A stretch of 64,000 bases of DNA from Octopus vulgaris (lineage: Eukaryota): assembly GCA_951406725.2 (NCBI GenBank), contig OX597837.1, positions 41,788,001 to 41,852,000 on the forward strand, read 5' to 3'. The first letter of the stretch is position 1. The number at the start of each line of letters is the position of its first letter. Below the pieces are notes generated by a model, which was not told the origin of the DNA, searched no databases, and worked only from the letters and a program-made list of their open reading frames with translations. This document shows positions 1-13,351 of this stretch, in pieces. Position numbers and translations under genes: made by a program.

Positions 1-972
1 TAACAACCATAAAAAATAATAAATGCACCCTTTTAAAGCCTAGTCAGGCTCATGGGTCCACTTTCTATAGTGTATGTATTCCCCAGCTGGACAGGACGCC
101 AGTCCATCGCAGCGTTACTCATTTTTGGCAGCTGAGTGGACTGGAGCAACGTGAAATGAAGTGTTTTGCTCAAGAACAGAACGTGTTGCCCAGTCCAGGA
201 ATCGAAACCACAATCTTACGATCATGATGCTGACACTCTTACCACTAAGCCACACACCTCCACTATATAACAACCATATATATATATTTTTTTTTTACCA
301 TGTGAACTATGTTGAAAAATATGAGAAAGATATGGTATATAATTTTTTTTGTGCAGGGATTCTTTGAGATGTAATTTATTTTAAGGGTTACGCAAGGGTA
401 AAGGGGCTGAGAAGCACTGCACTAGACATTGTGCCAGCTTGCTGCCTTAATGATGATGATGATAATCCTTTCTAATATAGGCACAGGGCCTGAAATTTTG
501 TTGGGTGGGGGTCTAGTTGTTTACATCAGCCCTTGTACTCAACTGTTATTTATTTTGTTGTCTCCAAAAAGATGAAAGGCTGAGTCGACCTCAACAGAAT
601 TTGAACTCAGAACGTGAAGTCAGACAAAATACTTAGTAACATTATGTCAGGCATGCTAACGATTCTGCCAACCCATCCCCTAAATGATATAATAATTGTA
701 TCCCAGGCGCAGGGCCTGGAGTTTTGGGGTGAGGAGAAGAGTCGATTACATCTGTCTTGGGGGCTCAACTGGTACTTAATGTTATTGACCCTGGAGGGCA
801 AAGTTGTATATCAGCGATAATTAGTCATCATCAACATTCAATGTTGGTTTTCCATGCTGGCATGGGTTGGACAGCTCAACCGGAACAGGCAAGGCCTGGG
901 CACACAGCAGGTTCCATAGTCTGTTTTGGCAGGGTTTCTAAGTCTGGATGCCAACCACTTGGTGTGTACTCA

Positions 973-1376
973 GTGCTTTTTATGTGACACCATCACCATT
1001 CCTTTTTACGTGGCACCGGTGCTTTCTGCATGGCACCATCACCGTTGCATTTTATGTGGCACCATCACCATTACTTTTTACGTGGCACCATCACCGTTGC
1101 TTTTGACATGGCACCATCATTGTTGCTTTTTACATGGCACCATCACCGTTGCTTTTGACATGGCACCATCATTGTTGCTTTTTACGTGGCACCATCACCG
1201 TTGCTTTTGACATGGCACCATCATTGTTGCTTTTGATGTGGCACCATCACCATGGCTTTTTACGTGGCACCATCACCGTTGCCTTTGACGTGGCACCATC
1301 ACCATTGCTTTTGACGTGGCACCATCACCGTTGCTTTTGACGTGGCACCATCACCATTGCTTTTTACATGGCACCT
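973..1376 (+). repeat. ~23-bp minisatellite (TTTTACGTGGCACCATCACCGTTGC-like, ~17 copies) grown from an interspersed repeat
   Basis: Directly visible. Continues from a CAT-tailed repeat copy at ~825-975 whose internal motif is GTGCTTTTTACGTGCCACC. Confidence 0.85.
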
Positions 1377-2375
1377 TGTTCTTAGAATATCAATTTTGTT
1401 GCACCTCTAAGAAGTCGGTGTATTAGGAAATTCTTGAGATTTCAGAGAATATGTACTATTGCAGGCCAGCAATCATGGAATCTGAGAGACCAGGGCTGGG
1501 ACCATCCAAAGTAAGAACAATCTTGGCTGTGTGGGTGAGAGGTTTGCTTCCCAACCACATGGTTCTGGGTTCAGTCCCACTGCATGGCAAACTGGACGAG
1601 TGTCTTCTATAGCCCCAGGATGACCAAAGCTTTGTGAGTGGATTTCATTGACGGAAACTAAAAGAAGCAAACTGTGTATGTGTGTACATATATGTGTATG
1701 TATGAGTGTTCTGTTGCCTTATCTCGAAATTGCATGCTAGCTGTAAATGAGTGTCACCATCATACAAACAGTGTCCTTTTTTTTGCCTGTCCTTCATGCC
1801 CATAAAATGCTTGCCTCAACAAATTGTCTGACTCATATAAACACGATAAAGTTGACAATAATGTAACCACCCACCTTTTGTTTTTGACAGAATGCTATTT
1901 GAGTGAAATTTCACTGCTATTTCTAGCAGATTTACTGACTGTGTAGAAGGATCACTCACACTTCTTCGAATAAACTGCCATTCCATTCTTGTATTCAATG
2001 TGGAATTGGTCAACACAGCCATCATTCAATGTCTATAGTTCTTCATGTTGTCCAGTCTTCCAGGAAAAACTTATCATTGTTGGAGTCATATTTACTGTTT
2101 GCTCATTGGAATATGGAATTGTTTCATCTCTTTGCCCACCTCCACTCTCCCCTCTCTCTCTCTCTCATTTCTGTTGTGTGTAGAGAGAAAGTATACACAC
2201 ACATCTGGTGTAGATAAACCCACATCATATATCACACTCACACTCCAGCATGGCCACAGCCAAATGACTGAAACAAATAAAAGAGTGTGTATATATATAT
2301 ATAAATGTGACCACGTGTACTGTTGGCGATTTTTTTTCCTCCGTCTTCACTTCTCTGGATCTTTCCTTTTCCTAT

Positions 2376-2410
2376 GTTTCTGACGAAGAGCTCCGCTCGA
2401 AACGTTAAAC
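2376..2410 (+). ncRNA. Minimal type I hammerhead ribozyme-like motif
   Basis: GTTT-CTGACGA-A-GAGC(tcc)GCTC-GAAA-CG-TT-AAAC: stem I GTTT/AAAC, conserved core, 4-bp stem II, palindromic ACGT at stem III. Lies in a ~190-bp insert between TA tracts. Confidence 0.65.
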
Positions 2411-2791
2411 GCTCCTTCCTGAGCATCCAATAATACTATATTTGTTCCGCGTCCTCACGTTCTGTTTTCTCTTTGTGTTTTCATGTTTGGATTAACTATA
2501 TATATATATATATATTGGAGTGAAGCCAGCATGTTCTTTGTCTATTTCCTTAACTTCCGGGAGATTTTAGATATAATTATCCTAATGTGTCCATCTGTTC
2601 TAATTTAATTAAATTCTATGTCTTTGTGCAGCTGAGGATTGCTCTGCATTACCTCTGAATACCATTGTTGCTTATTTTGAGATATATATATATATATATA
2701 TATGTACCGGAGTAAACACATAAATGTGAAACAAGGTGGAAAAAAAGAGTACTCAAATACCAGTGGTAGAGTAATATGCTTTATTTAAAGC

Positions 2792-2823
<32 letters not shown>

Positions 2824-5019
2824 GATAGACTTCTTTCAGTTTCTGTCTACTAAATCCTCTCCCAAGGCTTTGGTTGGCCCGAGGCTATAGTAGAAGACAC
2901 CTGCCCAAGGTGCCACACAGTGGGGCTGAACCTGGAACCATGTGGTTCACATATGTATATATATATCTTTGTATTTTGTATATGGCGAATACCTACCAGT
3001 GTGCATATAAAAGCTCCTATGCTGTTTGTTTCAACATGGTAGTCCTACGAACATTAATGCTAAAAATATTGCCTGAAGAACTACACATGTTGAATTAATG
3101 GATTCCCTTAGGCTCTATGGATATTATAAATAATATTTAATAATATCTTATAAATGTGGTGAGGTAGTTTCATAAAAATACATGTCGTATCAAAACATGA
3201 AGCAATGCATTAAGAAGAAAAAAATTCCATTTAGGAAATATTTCTCATTATCAATATATGCACACATCATCATCATCATCATCTTTTAATATCCACCTTC
3301 CATGCTGGCATGGGTTGGATGGTTTGACTGAGGACTGACAAATTGGGAGGCTACGCCAAGCTCCAGTCTGTTCTGGCAAGGTTTCTACAGCTGGATGTCC
3401 TTCCTAACGCCAACCACTCCAAGAGTGTAGTGGATGCTTTTTACATTCCACCGACACAGGGGCCAGAGGAGGCTGGCAAACGGCCACGATTGGGTGGTGC
3501 CACAATTGGACCGGGAGCGTTTTGCTCATATATATATTATATATATATTGTAGTGGAATCTTTGGTGATATATTGTGCTTCAGGAATCCTGTCAAGCCAA
3601 ATGAGATTGTAGTCGGGCCTGATGCTGGTGTTGCATAACTGGCATCCATGCTGGTGGCACGTAAAATGCACCCACTACACTTTTGGAGTGGTTGGCGTTA
3701 GGAAGGGCATCCAGCTATAGAATCCATGCCAAATTAGATTGAAACCTGCTGCAGCTGACCAATCTCCAGTGAAATCATCCAACACATGCCAGCATAGAAA
3801 ACAGACATTAAATGATGATGATTATATATTGTGTGTGTGTGTATGGTATATTTTCCAATGAGGGATATTTGGTCGCACTATCTAGCAAGTTTATGCACAT
3901 TTATACACAGGTTATCATTTGTCTTTGCACTTTGTCCTTGTGTATCCCAAGGTCTGCTATGGTCAAACAAAACTATGTTGAAAGGTGTTCTGCTCTTGAC
4001 AATCTCAGCATTTCCATATTTCACTTTATTTAAAATACTAGGTTGGGATTGTGAGAAATTAACTGCTATATTAACAGCATATCTCTGAGGTCTCGGTCTT
4101 TGTCATTTCCTCTGTGAGGCCCTACGTGCCACAGGCATGTGTATCACAGCTGCAATATCCATACGATTTTTATTTTGATGTTGAACTTGACACATACACA
4201 CAGTAATCCTTTGGCATATTGGGGTTCACCTATTGTGGTTTGTTAATTATGCTGATTCCTCTGTGGTGGTGTTTTGCATTTATAATAAAATAAATTTATA
4301 CAAATTATAAAAATAATAAAACAAAATATATACAGTACTGTTTCTGCTTTGTGGATTTTCACCAATCGCGGGATGTTTTGGAACATCCACAATAGTTGAC
4401 AACCCACAATAGTTGAAGGATTTCTGTATATATTCTTCAGTGTCTGATTTGGCGTAGAAGTATGATGCAGGCTTTTGGCAGGAGCTGATAAGGCCAGAGC
4501 CCTACTAGATTCCATAGTCTGGTCTGTTTTGGCTTGGTTTCTGCAACTAGATGCCCTTCTTAAAACCAACCGCTATACAGTGTATACTGAGTGCTTTTTG
4601 TGTGGCACCATCACCAATGCTTTTTATGTGCTGCCATACGTGTGTGTGTGTGTGTGTGTGTGCATATATTGTACATATATGGTAGTGGCCAAAATTACAG
4701 AGTGGAAATAAAATTTTGTATTTTCTTTTACCCAAAGCCAAGAACTTTTCAGCCTTCTCTCTCTATAGTGACGATGTACTAAAATTACAATAATCGCTGT
4801 CAGTTTATAAACTGCCTCTGCTGACAAAGTCTGGAATCATCTGGAATGCTCCAGGCATTTTACCCATGTCCTTTTATTGTTCATTTATCTCTGATTCATT
4901 TAAACGAGGGTGGGTGTGTGCTGTGTATCTTCAAATTTCTTTCAGTAGAAATCACAACCACAGAGATAGAAAAACCCAACAACTTTTGCAAAACACAATC
5001 TTTGAAGTCTCAACTGAAT

Positions 5020-5742
5020 TGTCTCCCTTACTCACTCTCTCTCTTTCCTTCACTTTTATTGTGTCTCTCTCTCTCTCTCATGTCTGCCTTTATATTTCCC
5101 CCTCGCTCTATTTTCTCTTTCTCTCACTCTTATCGCCCAGCTCTGTCTTCTCTGCTTTCCTATTTTTCTCTCCCCCTCTCTCTCTTTGCTTTACTCTTTC
5201 TCTCTCTCTCCCATTATCTTTCTCTCTATATTTCAATCTCTCTTCCTTTCTCTCCTTCTCATCTATCTCTGCTTCTCTCTTTCTCTCTCCCTTCCTCTTC
5301 TGTTATGCTTGTCTCTATTTCCTCTTCCACTCAGCCTCTCTCTCCTCCTCTTCTCACCATCTCCATTCCCCTCACTCATATCGTCTCCTCTCTCTGCCTT
5401 TCCCTCTCTTTGCCTTATTCTCTCTCTCTCTCTCTGTGCTTTACTCTCTCTTTCTCTTTCTGCCTTACACTCTCTCTTTCTCTCTACCTTTCTCTGTGAT
5501 TTACTCTCTCTCTTTCTACCTTTCTCTCTCTCTCTCTCTCCTTCTTTCTTTGTGCTTTACTCTCTCTCTCTCTGTGCCTTACTCACTCTCTCTTGCTCTC
5601 TCTCTACCTTTCTCTGTGCTTTACTCTCTTGTTCTCTTTCTCTCTCTCTCTACCTTTCTCCTTGCTTTACTCTCTCTTTCTACCTTTCTCTCTTTCTACC
5701 TTACACACACACACACACACTCACTCTCTCTCTCTCTCTCCA
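5020..5742 (+). repeat. Polypyrimidine (CT)-rich low-complexity tract
   Basis: Directly visible. Confidence 0.9.
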
Positions 5743-7152
5743 AAGATATACTTTGAAATCATGGACAACCAAGAAATATTCTTCATTAGTCAGTTTATTC
5801 CAAAAATATATACACCCTATAGAGGGAGGAGGGTGGGGGGTGAGTCAGCCAACCACAACATTAGAAGAAGAAGAAGGAGGAGGAGGAGGAATCAGAAGGA
5901 AGAAGGAATTGGTTTATTTTCCTATCTTCCAGTCTTTTGGTTTTTTTGTTGTTTTCTTTTTCCTGAATGGTGGGGGGGGGGGAGAGAAAAGGAGAGGACC
6001 TTTTTCTTTCGCTTTTTTTCTTTTCAAAAAAAAAAAAAAGGAACAAGAAAAAAACAATCATTCAAACAACAATAACAACAACAACAACAAAAATTGGTTT
6101 CTTGAACTCCAAAGACTGCAAAAATAAAAAGTCAGGTGGAGGTTAGGGTTAAGGTACCGTTCCATCTAATGCAGTGGTAGACCAAACTAATTCAGAGAGA
6201 GAGAGACTGAGAGATAATTAAAATCTCTTGTTTCTTTTTTTTCTTTTGGGGGGGTCATGGGGGGGTTGTTCATTAAAATGTTTTTTTTTTAAAGTGGCAG
6301 GTTGATTTTTTTTTTTTTACAAATCTTTTTTCTTTTTTTTTTTTAAATTTTTAAAGGCTGATAGAACAGGGGGTCGATGGGGGGTGGAGCAGGGCTGGGT
6401 GGGGATAAATTGGAGGGGGGGTGGAACGGGGTGGGGTGGTTGTGAGTATAAGAGTTTGATTGATAAGGAAGACTCACGTGATTTGGTTGTCGTTTTCTTT
6501 TTTACTTATTTTTCTTTTTGTTTTTGTTTTTTAAGGAGAGGTTCAGGGGTGTCCAGGGGACGATAAAAGGGGTTTGTGAGCTGTGTGTGTGTGTGTGTGT
6601 GTATGTGTGTGTGTAAGATGTACTTTGTTGCTCTCAACATGTTGAAAGGCATGCACACCACTACATATCTTAAATATTTAGAGATATACACTTGAACTAA
6701 TAACCTCATTCTCTCTCTTCCTCTCTCTCTCTCTCCCCCTCACATACATACACACACACAGATCAACTATTCATGCATACATACATACTAGCATATAACC
6801 ACTTATACATCCATACACATTTACACATATTTGTGAAATTATTGTCCAAATTTTGGCACAGGGCCGGTAGCTTTAGTAGGGGAGCGGGTTAGTCAATCAC
6901 ATTGACCCCCCCCCCCCCAGCCGCCGCTCCAGTCCCACAAGTACTAAACTGGTACTTTATTTTATTGACCCTGAAAGGATGAAAGGCAAAATTGACCTCG
7001 GTGGAATTTGAACTCAGAACATGAAGGATCGGAAGAAATGCTGCAAAGCGTTTTTTTTTTTTGTCCAACCTGCTAACGACTCTGCCGGCTCGTTACTCTG
7101 ACTTGCACATGTAATTAGACAAATACTCTTAATCTGACAAGCTAACGGTTGA

Positions 7153-7578
7153 CCCTTTGGTATTTAAACTAGCCAAATCTGACCAATGTATTCTACCAGT
7201 TTTATGTCCAAACTGGCCAGATCCAGCCTCTCACACCTACCCTACAATGTCATTCTAAAAAACAATCACATCATTGAAATCTCAAAGCTATGAGATAATG
7301 CTGGATTAATTCTACACAATGTGAATAAATAAGGGTTACATTTGAGAGTAATCTGAATGCTAAAGGGTAAAACCAGTCACATCGAGGCTAAAGCTTCTAT
7401 CTAGTTTATATTCAAACTGGCTAGATCTCACCTCTCATACCTACCCTACAATGTTATTCTAAAAATAAATCAATCTCATCATTGAAGTCTTAAAGCTACG
7501 AGATAATGCAGGATTAATTCAAAGCAATCTGATTAAATAAGTATTATATTTGATGGAGCAATCTGAATGCTTGAAGGG
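7153..7578. mobile_element. Two adjacent copies (one 5'-truncated) of the same piggyBac-type MITE family
   Basis: CCCTTTGG...CTAAAGGG (7153-7367), followed by a second body ending GAAGGG. Internal sequence matches 10078-10300. Confidence 0.75.
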
Positions 7579-8989
7579 TTGGACAGGCTCAGACAGTCGC
7601 CTCTGACTGACTGTTCTAAGGTTTTTCTTGATCTGGTAGAAACAACAGCCAAATCTCCCTCAATTCTCACTGTAATGTCTTAAACATGGACAATAACATA
7701 GTCCTAGATAGACTATGTCTGAGAGTAAGACAGAATGGTGTTGGCTGGAACAGTTTGACCATGGGTCAGCTTGATCAGGGTAGATCTTGGTTGCTAAGCA
7801 ACAACATACATAATACAATTCACAGTGACTGTTCTCTAGCAACAACACTAGCAATTAATATCTTGGCTTAGTCCATATTGCTCCCTAAGGAGCATAAGGG
7901 CCGGTTTCCGTGCTTTTCTGGCATATATATTCCTCCCTGGATGAGATGCCAGTCCATTGCAGGTTCACTAATTTTTACCAACTGGATGGTCATGGGACAG
8001 CAATGAAATGAAGTGTTTTGCTCAAGAATACAACTCCTCACCTAGTCCAGGAATTGAAACCACAATCTTACAATCATGGGCCCAGCACCCTAACCACTAA
8101 GCCATACACAATACAATTCAAAGTAGTTCTTTAGCAACAACATAGTTATTAATATCTTAATATCTAATCAATACCTTAATCTACACTAATTATCTCCCAT
8201 ATGCTATACTCAGTACATTGGCAGTGAATTAGTAATCATTAGCGCAATGGATAAAATGCTTTGCAGTATTTGTTCTGATGTCCAGCACTTTGAGTTCTAT
8301 ATTTTTCCAGGGTAAATAAAATTTACCAGTCTGGTGGGGGTGGATAGGCAGAACTGTAAAAATATCAGGTTGGATGGGTTTTTGTTTCTCAGTATTTACT
8401 CCGGCTCATTGCATTCTAAGTTCAAATCCCACAGTGGCCAACTCAGGTGGTACATTTAATCCACTGTCCAGTTAAACACCGCTTCCTGCCACCCTTTAGT
8501 GGTGTCCACCCTGTTGTAAGCATCCAAACCATGTCTCCAGTTTGAGAATACCTTCCTCCCCATCCCTTCCACCAGTCTCGGAGGCCCTGTTAAGGGTCAT
8601 ATGGTTCTAGGTTCAACTCCACTGTGCAGCATCTCGGGCAGGTATCGTCTCTAATAGCCTAAGAGATGGAGCAAATGAGTGCTTTGTGGTGGAATTTTGG
8701 AGATGAGAAACTTGCAGAAGCTCCTTGATGTATATGCATGTGTGTGAGTGTGTGTTTGTGTGTGTGTGTGTGGGGGGGGTATGTATACATCTGCATGTGT
8801 GTGTGTGTGTGTATATATATATGTAGATATGTTTTATATGCTTACATGTACAAACATGAGCGTACAGGTACTTATACATATATATATAAACATATATATA
8901 TATATATATATATGCAGATGTATACATGTGTGTGTATGTATATATACATACATCTATGTATATACATGTACGTGTTTAGTTAGATAATA

Positions 8990-9038
<49 letters not shown>

Positions 9039-10077
9039 TCTATGTATACACATGTATATATATATATATATATATATATACACCTATGTATATACATGTA
9101 CGTGTTCAGTTATATAATTATGTGTGTGTATATATATATATTGTGTGTGTGGAGGTGTGTATATAATTTACTTTAAAGCAATTTTAAGACTATTAACATT
9201 TATTGATGGGGTAACTCAATGCTAAATGTAGAATCAAATTTAACATAAAATTCTTTTTCACTAAGAATGGCTGCATTAACCATCATTCTAAAAACTTCAA
9301 AAGTCCCCATCAAAAAAAATTATACATATCATCACCATTATACACACATACATGTATATATATATATATAAATAAAATTTAACATTAACCTTAACCCTAA
9401 TCCTAAATTATAATCCCATTACTCTGAAGATGGCCATAAGTATGCACATAATTAATCAGAGTTAAACCATTGCTCCAGGTTGTCTCTTTATAACGAGATT
9501 ACTACGATACATCGTTACCTATAAACATTTGACTGGCCATTAGTAACGAGAGAATTATGGCTCAACATCAAACTGGTTAATCAAGCTCGCGATCATGTGC
9601 TCTCTCAAATTTGCATATATAAAGAGCTTTTGATCACTTACTGTGTATATGTGTGTGTTTAAAAGCATCTACACACATATATATACACACATGTGAGCTG
9701 TCTTTTATCCCTAGTTCCGTATGGTAATGTGTGTTGAGGTTTTTTGAAAATTTAAATATTTTTCTTAAGAATTGTCGGAGCATGTACAATTTCTTTAGTG
9801 CTGGTCGGTTGCCCTTCTTACTGGTGACCAATCAAGCAGAGCCACGTTTCCTATTGGCATAACCCGATGTACTTAAGAAACCTGAACTTTTAACCATGTG
9901 ATTACTAAATCTTTTTACTTTTAACCCCTTCACATACACACAGACATGATATCTACTGTGGTAAAGTTTCATATTTAAATGGGGATAAATATTCTGTTAT
10001 TCGAGGCGCAGGGCCTAAAATTTTGGGGGAGGGTGGCCAGTCGATTGGATCAACTCCAGTATGCAACTGGTACTTAA

Positions 10078-10300
10078 CCCTTTAGCATTTAAACTGGCCA
10101 TATCCGGCCAAAAGTATTCTGCCTGTTTTATGTTCAAATTGGCCAGATCTGGTCTCTCACACCGACCCCACAATGTCATTTTTAAAATTAACAGCTACCT
10201 CATCGAAATCTCATAGCTACAAGATAATGCATGATTAGTTCAAAACAATTTGGATAAAAAAAAGCATTAATTTTGGTAGAATAATGCGAACACTAAAGGG
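10078..10300. mobile_element. piggyBac-type MITE nested in a SINE
   Basis: TTAA|CCCTTTAG...CTAAAGGG|TTAA (TTAA at 10074-10077 and 10301-10304). Removing it restores GGTACTTAATTTATC, as in uninterrupted SINE copies (e.g. 45575, 62270). Confidence 0.88.
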
Positions 10301-11032
10301 TTAATTTATCAACCCTGAAAGGGTGAAAGGCAAAGTCGACCCCAGTGCAATTTGAACTCAGAACATAAAGACAGACGAAATACTGCTAAGCATTTCAACC
10401 GACATAACTGGGGATAGATATTACCTCTCAGTATTAACACAGCCACTAATAGATATATTTTAACAATCTCACTGGCTGACTGTAACACCAGTGCCTATTC
10501 TGGCATGGTTATTTTATAATGAGTCACTGCTATCTCTAGGGGTCAAACATCCATCATTGGCGAGACCAAGGAAGGTCAAAATCATGCTACCTGGTGGTCT
10601 CAGCGCTGGAGATGGCAGGGATTTACCTCCCTGTTAGTGATATAAACAAGAATGCATTTTGCACCAAAAGCCAATATGAGAATTTCTCTCGTGGCCTCTA
10701 CCACAGTATAGTTTGTTCTAACAGAACATCCTTGTTTAAGTGGATATAAATATCACTTCTCACTATATATATGTGTGTGTGTGTATGTGTATATATATAT
10801 ATAATATGAATTAGAGATAAAACCACTATTAGGCAACTCAAACAGTGATAGACATAAACCAATATATAAATAACAAATAATATAAATATAATTAATATAT
10901 GTCATATTTTTATATATTTATACTGTGAAATTTGATTTAATACTAAATCTAATTTTTCCCTATAAGTTTGGAGCCATACTCCCTAGTTAGCTCCTACACA
11001 CATTTTTTTCTCTCCTTGTCTTTTCTGTGTCC

Positions 11033-11068
11033 CTTTCTGTAGAAGAGCGTAGGCTCGAAACGTAAAAG
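11033..11068 (+). ncRNA. Minimal hammerhead ribozyme-like motif (CUGUAGA variant), related to the 2376 copy
   Basis: CTTT-CTGTAGA-A-GAGC(gtag)GCTC-GAAA-CG-TA-AAAG. Stem I covaries with the 2376 copy, and both share the downstream TTCCTGAGC..TAATAC sequence. Confidence 0.6.
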
Positions 11069-11159
11069 ACTTTTTCTATTCCTGAGCGTTATACTAATAC
11101 ATCTGTTTGTTTTGTACACCACCTGTCTTCGTCTTTTGTTTTTTTGTTTCGTAATCTCT

Positions 11160-11212
<53 letters not shown>

Positions 11213-11817
11213 TATATAAACCCATTTATTTACGCAATGTTGCTACCAGTTCCAGTGGTCCCACCCCATTTATTTACATCATATAGAACTTAGAAACTTC
11301 AAGAGATATAAAATAATTCTTTTTTCAAAAGATGAAACTTGAAGCAGATAAAGCTATAAATAATAGCATGTAAATATTGAGTGAAAAAAGCTCTCTAGAT
11401 AGAAGAACTGGGTTCACACCCCACAGGCAGCCTTGTACATTTTCTATCCAAAAGTGTTTTTATCCAATATATACATGTTGTTGATTATAGCTGTGTCTGC
11501 TTCAAGGTTCACCGTTCCCCAAATAGAAATATTGATTATTGTCATCAAAAGGCCACCTAAAAGTGTTCTAGCTATTAATTTGTCTCCTAAAGTTCAAATT
11601 CAACTGCAATCAACTTTACCTTTTAATTTAACGATGCATCTAAATGAAAAATTGGACGAGAGTAATTAACTATATTTTTTTGTTTTAACAATGAAGGCAG
11701 GATTTAACAAGACCAAATTTTAATGATTCTGATTAGAGGCACAATAGTTGTTACCAATCCACGTGGCCACCACCACCACTTCCACTACTAATATTCATTC
11801 CTGAATACTGAACACTA

Positions 11818-12031
11818 TTACTCTTTACTCTTTTACTTGTTTCAGTCATTTGACTGCAGCCATGCTGGAGCACCGCCTTTAGTCGAGCAAATCGACCCCA
11901 GGACTTATTCTTTGTAAGCCTAGTACTTATTCTATCGGTCTCATTTGCCGAACCGCTAAGTTACGGGGACGTAAACACACCAGCATCGGTTGTCAAGCGA
12001 TGTTGGGGGACAAACAGACACACAAACATAT

Positions 12032-12062
<31 letters not shown>

Positions 12063-12234
12063 CATATATACGACGGGCTTCTTTCAGTTTCCGTCTACCA
12101 CATCCACTCACAAGGCTTTGGTCGGCCCGAGGCTATAGTAGAAGACACTTGCCCAAGGTGCCACGCAATGGGACTGAACCCAGAACCATGTGGTTGGTAA
12201 GCAAGCTACTTACCACACAGCCACTCCTGCGCCT
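11818..12234 (-). mobile_element. Near full-length tRNA-derived SINE, family A (CCTTGGGCAAGT core, internal TA/TG tract, GAGTAAA tail)
   Basis: Same sequence as copies at 32879-33300 (+), 39819-40215 (+), 40692-41096 (-) and 24985-25467 (-); partial copies at ~1525, 2820, 24399, 31710, 56155 and 61280. Confidence 0.9.
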
Positions 12235-13229
12235 ATATGTGAAAATTTTTTTTAAAATCACACACACACATGCATGAGAAAATACACACACATATATATA
12301 CACTCCCCCATGTATAATTCGATCTTGCACATTCACATCTGTTCTATGTGTTGGATAGTATTGGTAACGGAAAAAAAAAAAGAAAAATTTCATCACATGA
12401 CTAGCTCACTCAATCAAATAAACAAAACAAAAAGTTTCGGCTCAAGAAGGAGACAAGAGTGGGAGGAGGAAGAGGAGGAGGAGACTGAGGCTGGATGGGA
12501 CGAGGGGGGTGGGGAAATTTGGGGGGGGAGGGGCGCTGGGATGCGGAGTCTTGAAACAACGAATATACATACAGTGGTTTTGGTTTTAAATTTTCGAAAT
12601 GTTCTTCAAAAAAAAGCAAGTTTACCTCACTCTTGTGGATTGAACTTGTGACCACTGCTGCCAACACAAGGCCTCCGGGCTAAAACAAACGGAACTAAGC
12701 AATAAGAATGGTTTTTTTACTTCTGATTTCTCTTTGTCTTTCCTAATATCACGAGGCCTGAGGAGTATGCACTGAAAACAAGAATGCAGTACTCAACATG
12801 AAACTCTCTCTCTGAGCTCATGAAATCTTTTTAAGCATTTAAGAGAGAGAGAGAGAGAAAGAGGTGTTGGTGGAAATGATGAGGCAAGAAGCTAACGATT
12901 ATTATTATCATTATTATTATTATTATTGTCTTATTATTATTATGCTTTCACTGCACAACTCAACCCAACTCTATGTGTCTTGCTTGCTTACAGTATTTGC
13001 TGCTGATTGTTGTGTACTAAATTCTATACTGAAAGTACTCAATATCATGTGTATAGTGTTCAGATGCTTTCTCTCTGTGTGTGTGTGTGTCAGCCGAAAT
13101 TGCTAGGATGATCCGGTTCTTGACTGAAGATTGAAGGCTTCGAATGTCCCGTCCGTGTTTTTTGTATCGTCTTCTAAATGTTTTACTTTCTTGTCCCAGT
13201 TTGTATTTTTCTACATATAATATATATGT

Positions 13230-13260
<31 letters not shown>

Positions 13261-13300
13261 TGTATATATGTATGTATATATGTATGTATATATATATATG

Positions 13301-13351
<51 letters not shown>

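Noticed and set aside
4846-6127. Long Leu/Ser/Phe-rich ORFs suggesting a membrane protein
   Set aside because: A CT-rich tract lacks stop codons by composition, and all three frames are open.
9385-9410. Interstitial telomeric repeats (TAACCC-like; also ~6142)
   Set aside because: Only one to three degenerate units; explainable by chance or as MITE-internal motifs.
9421-9440. CTGAAGA/CTGAGGA hammerhead starts (also ~2632, ~12758, ~53153)
   Set aside because: No correctly placed stem II + GAAA + UH could be built.
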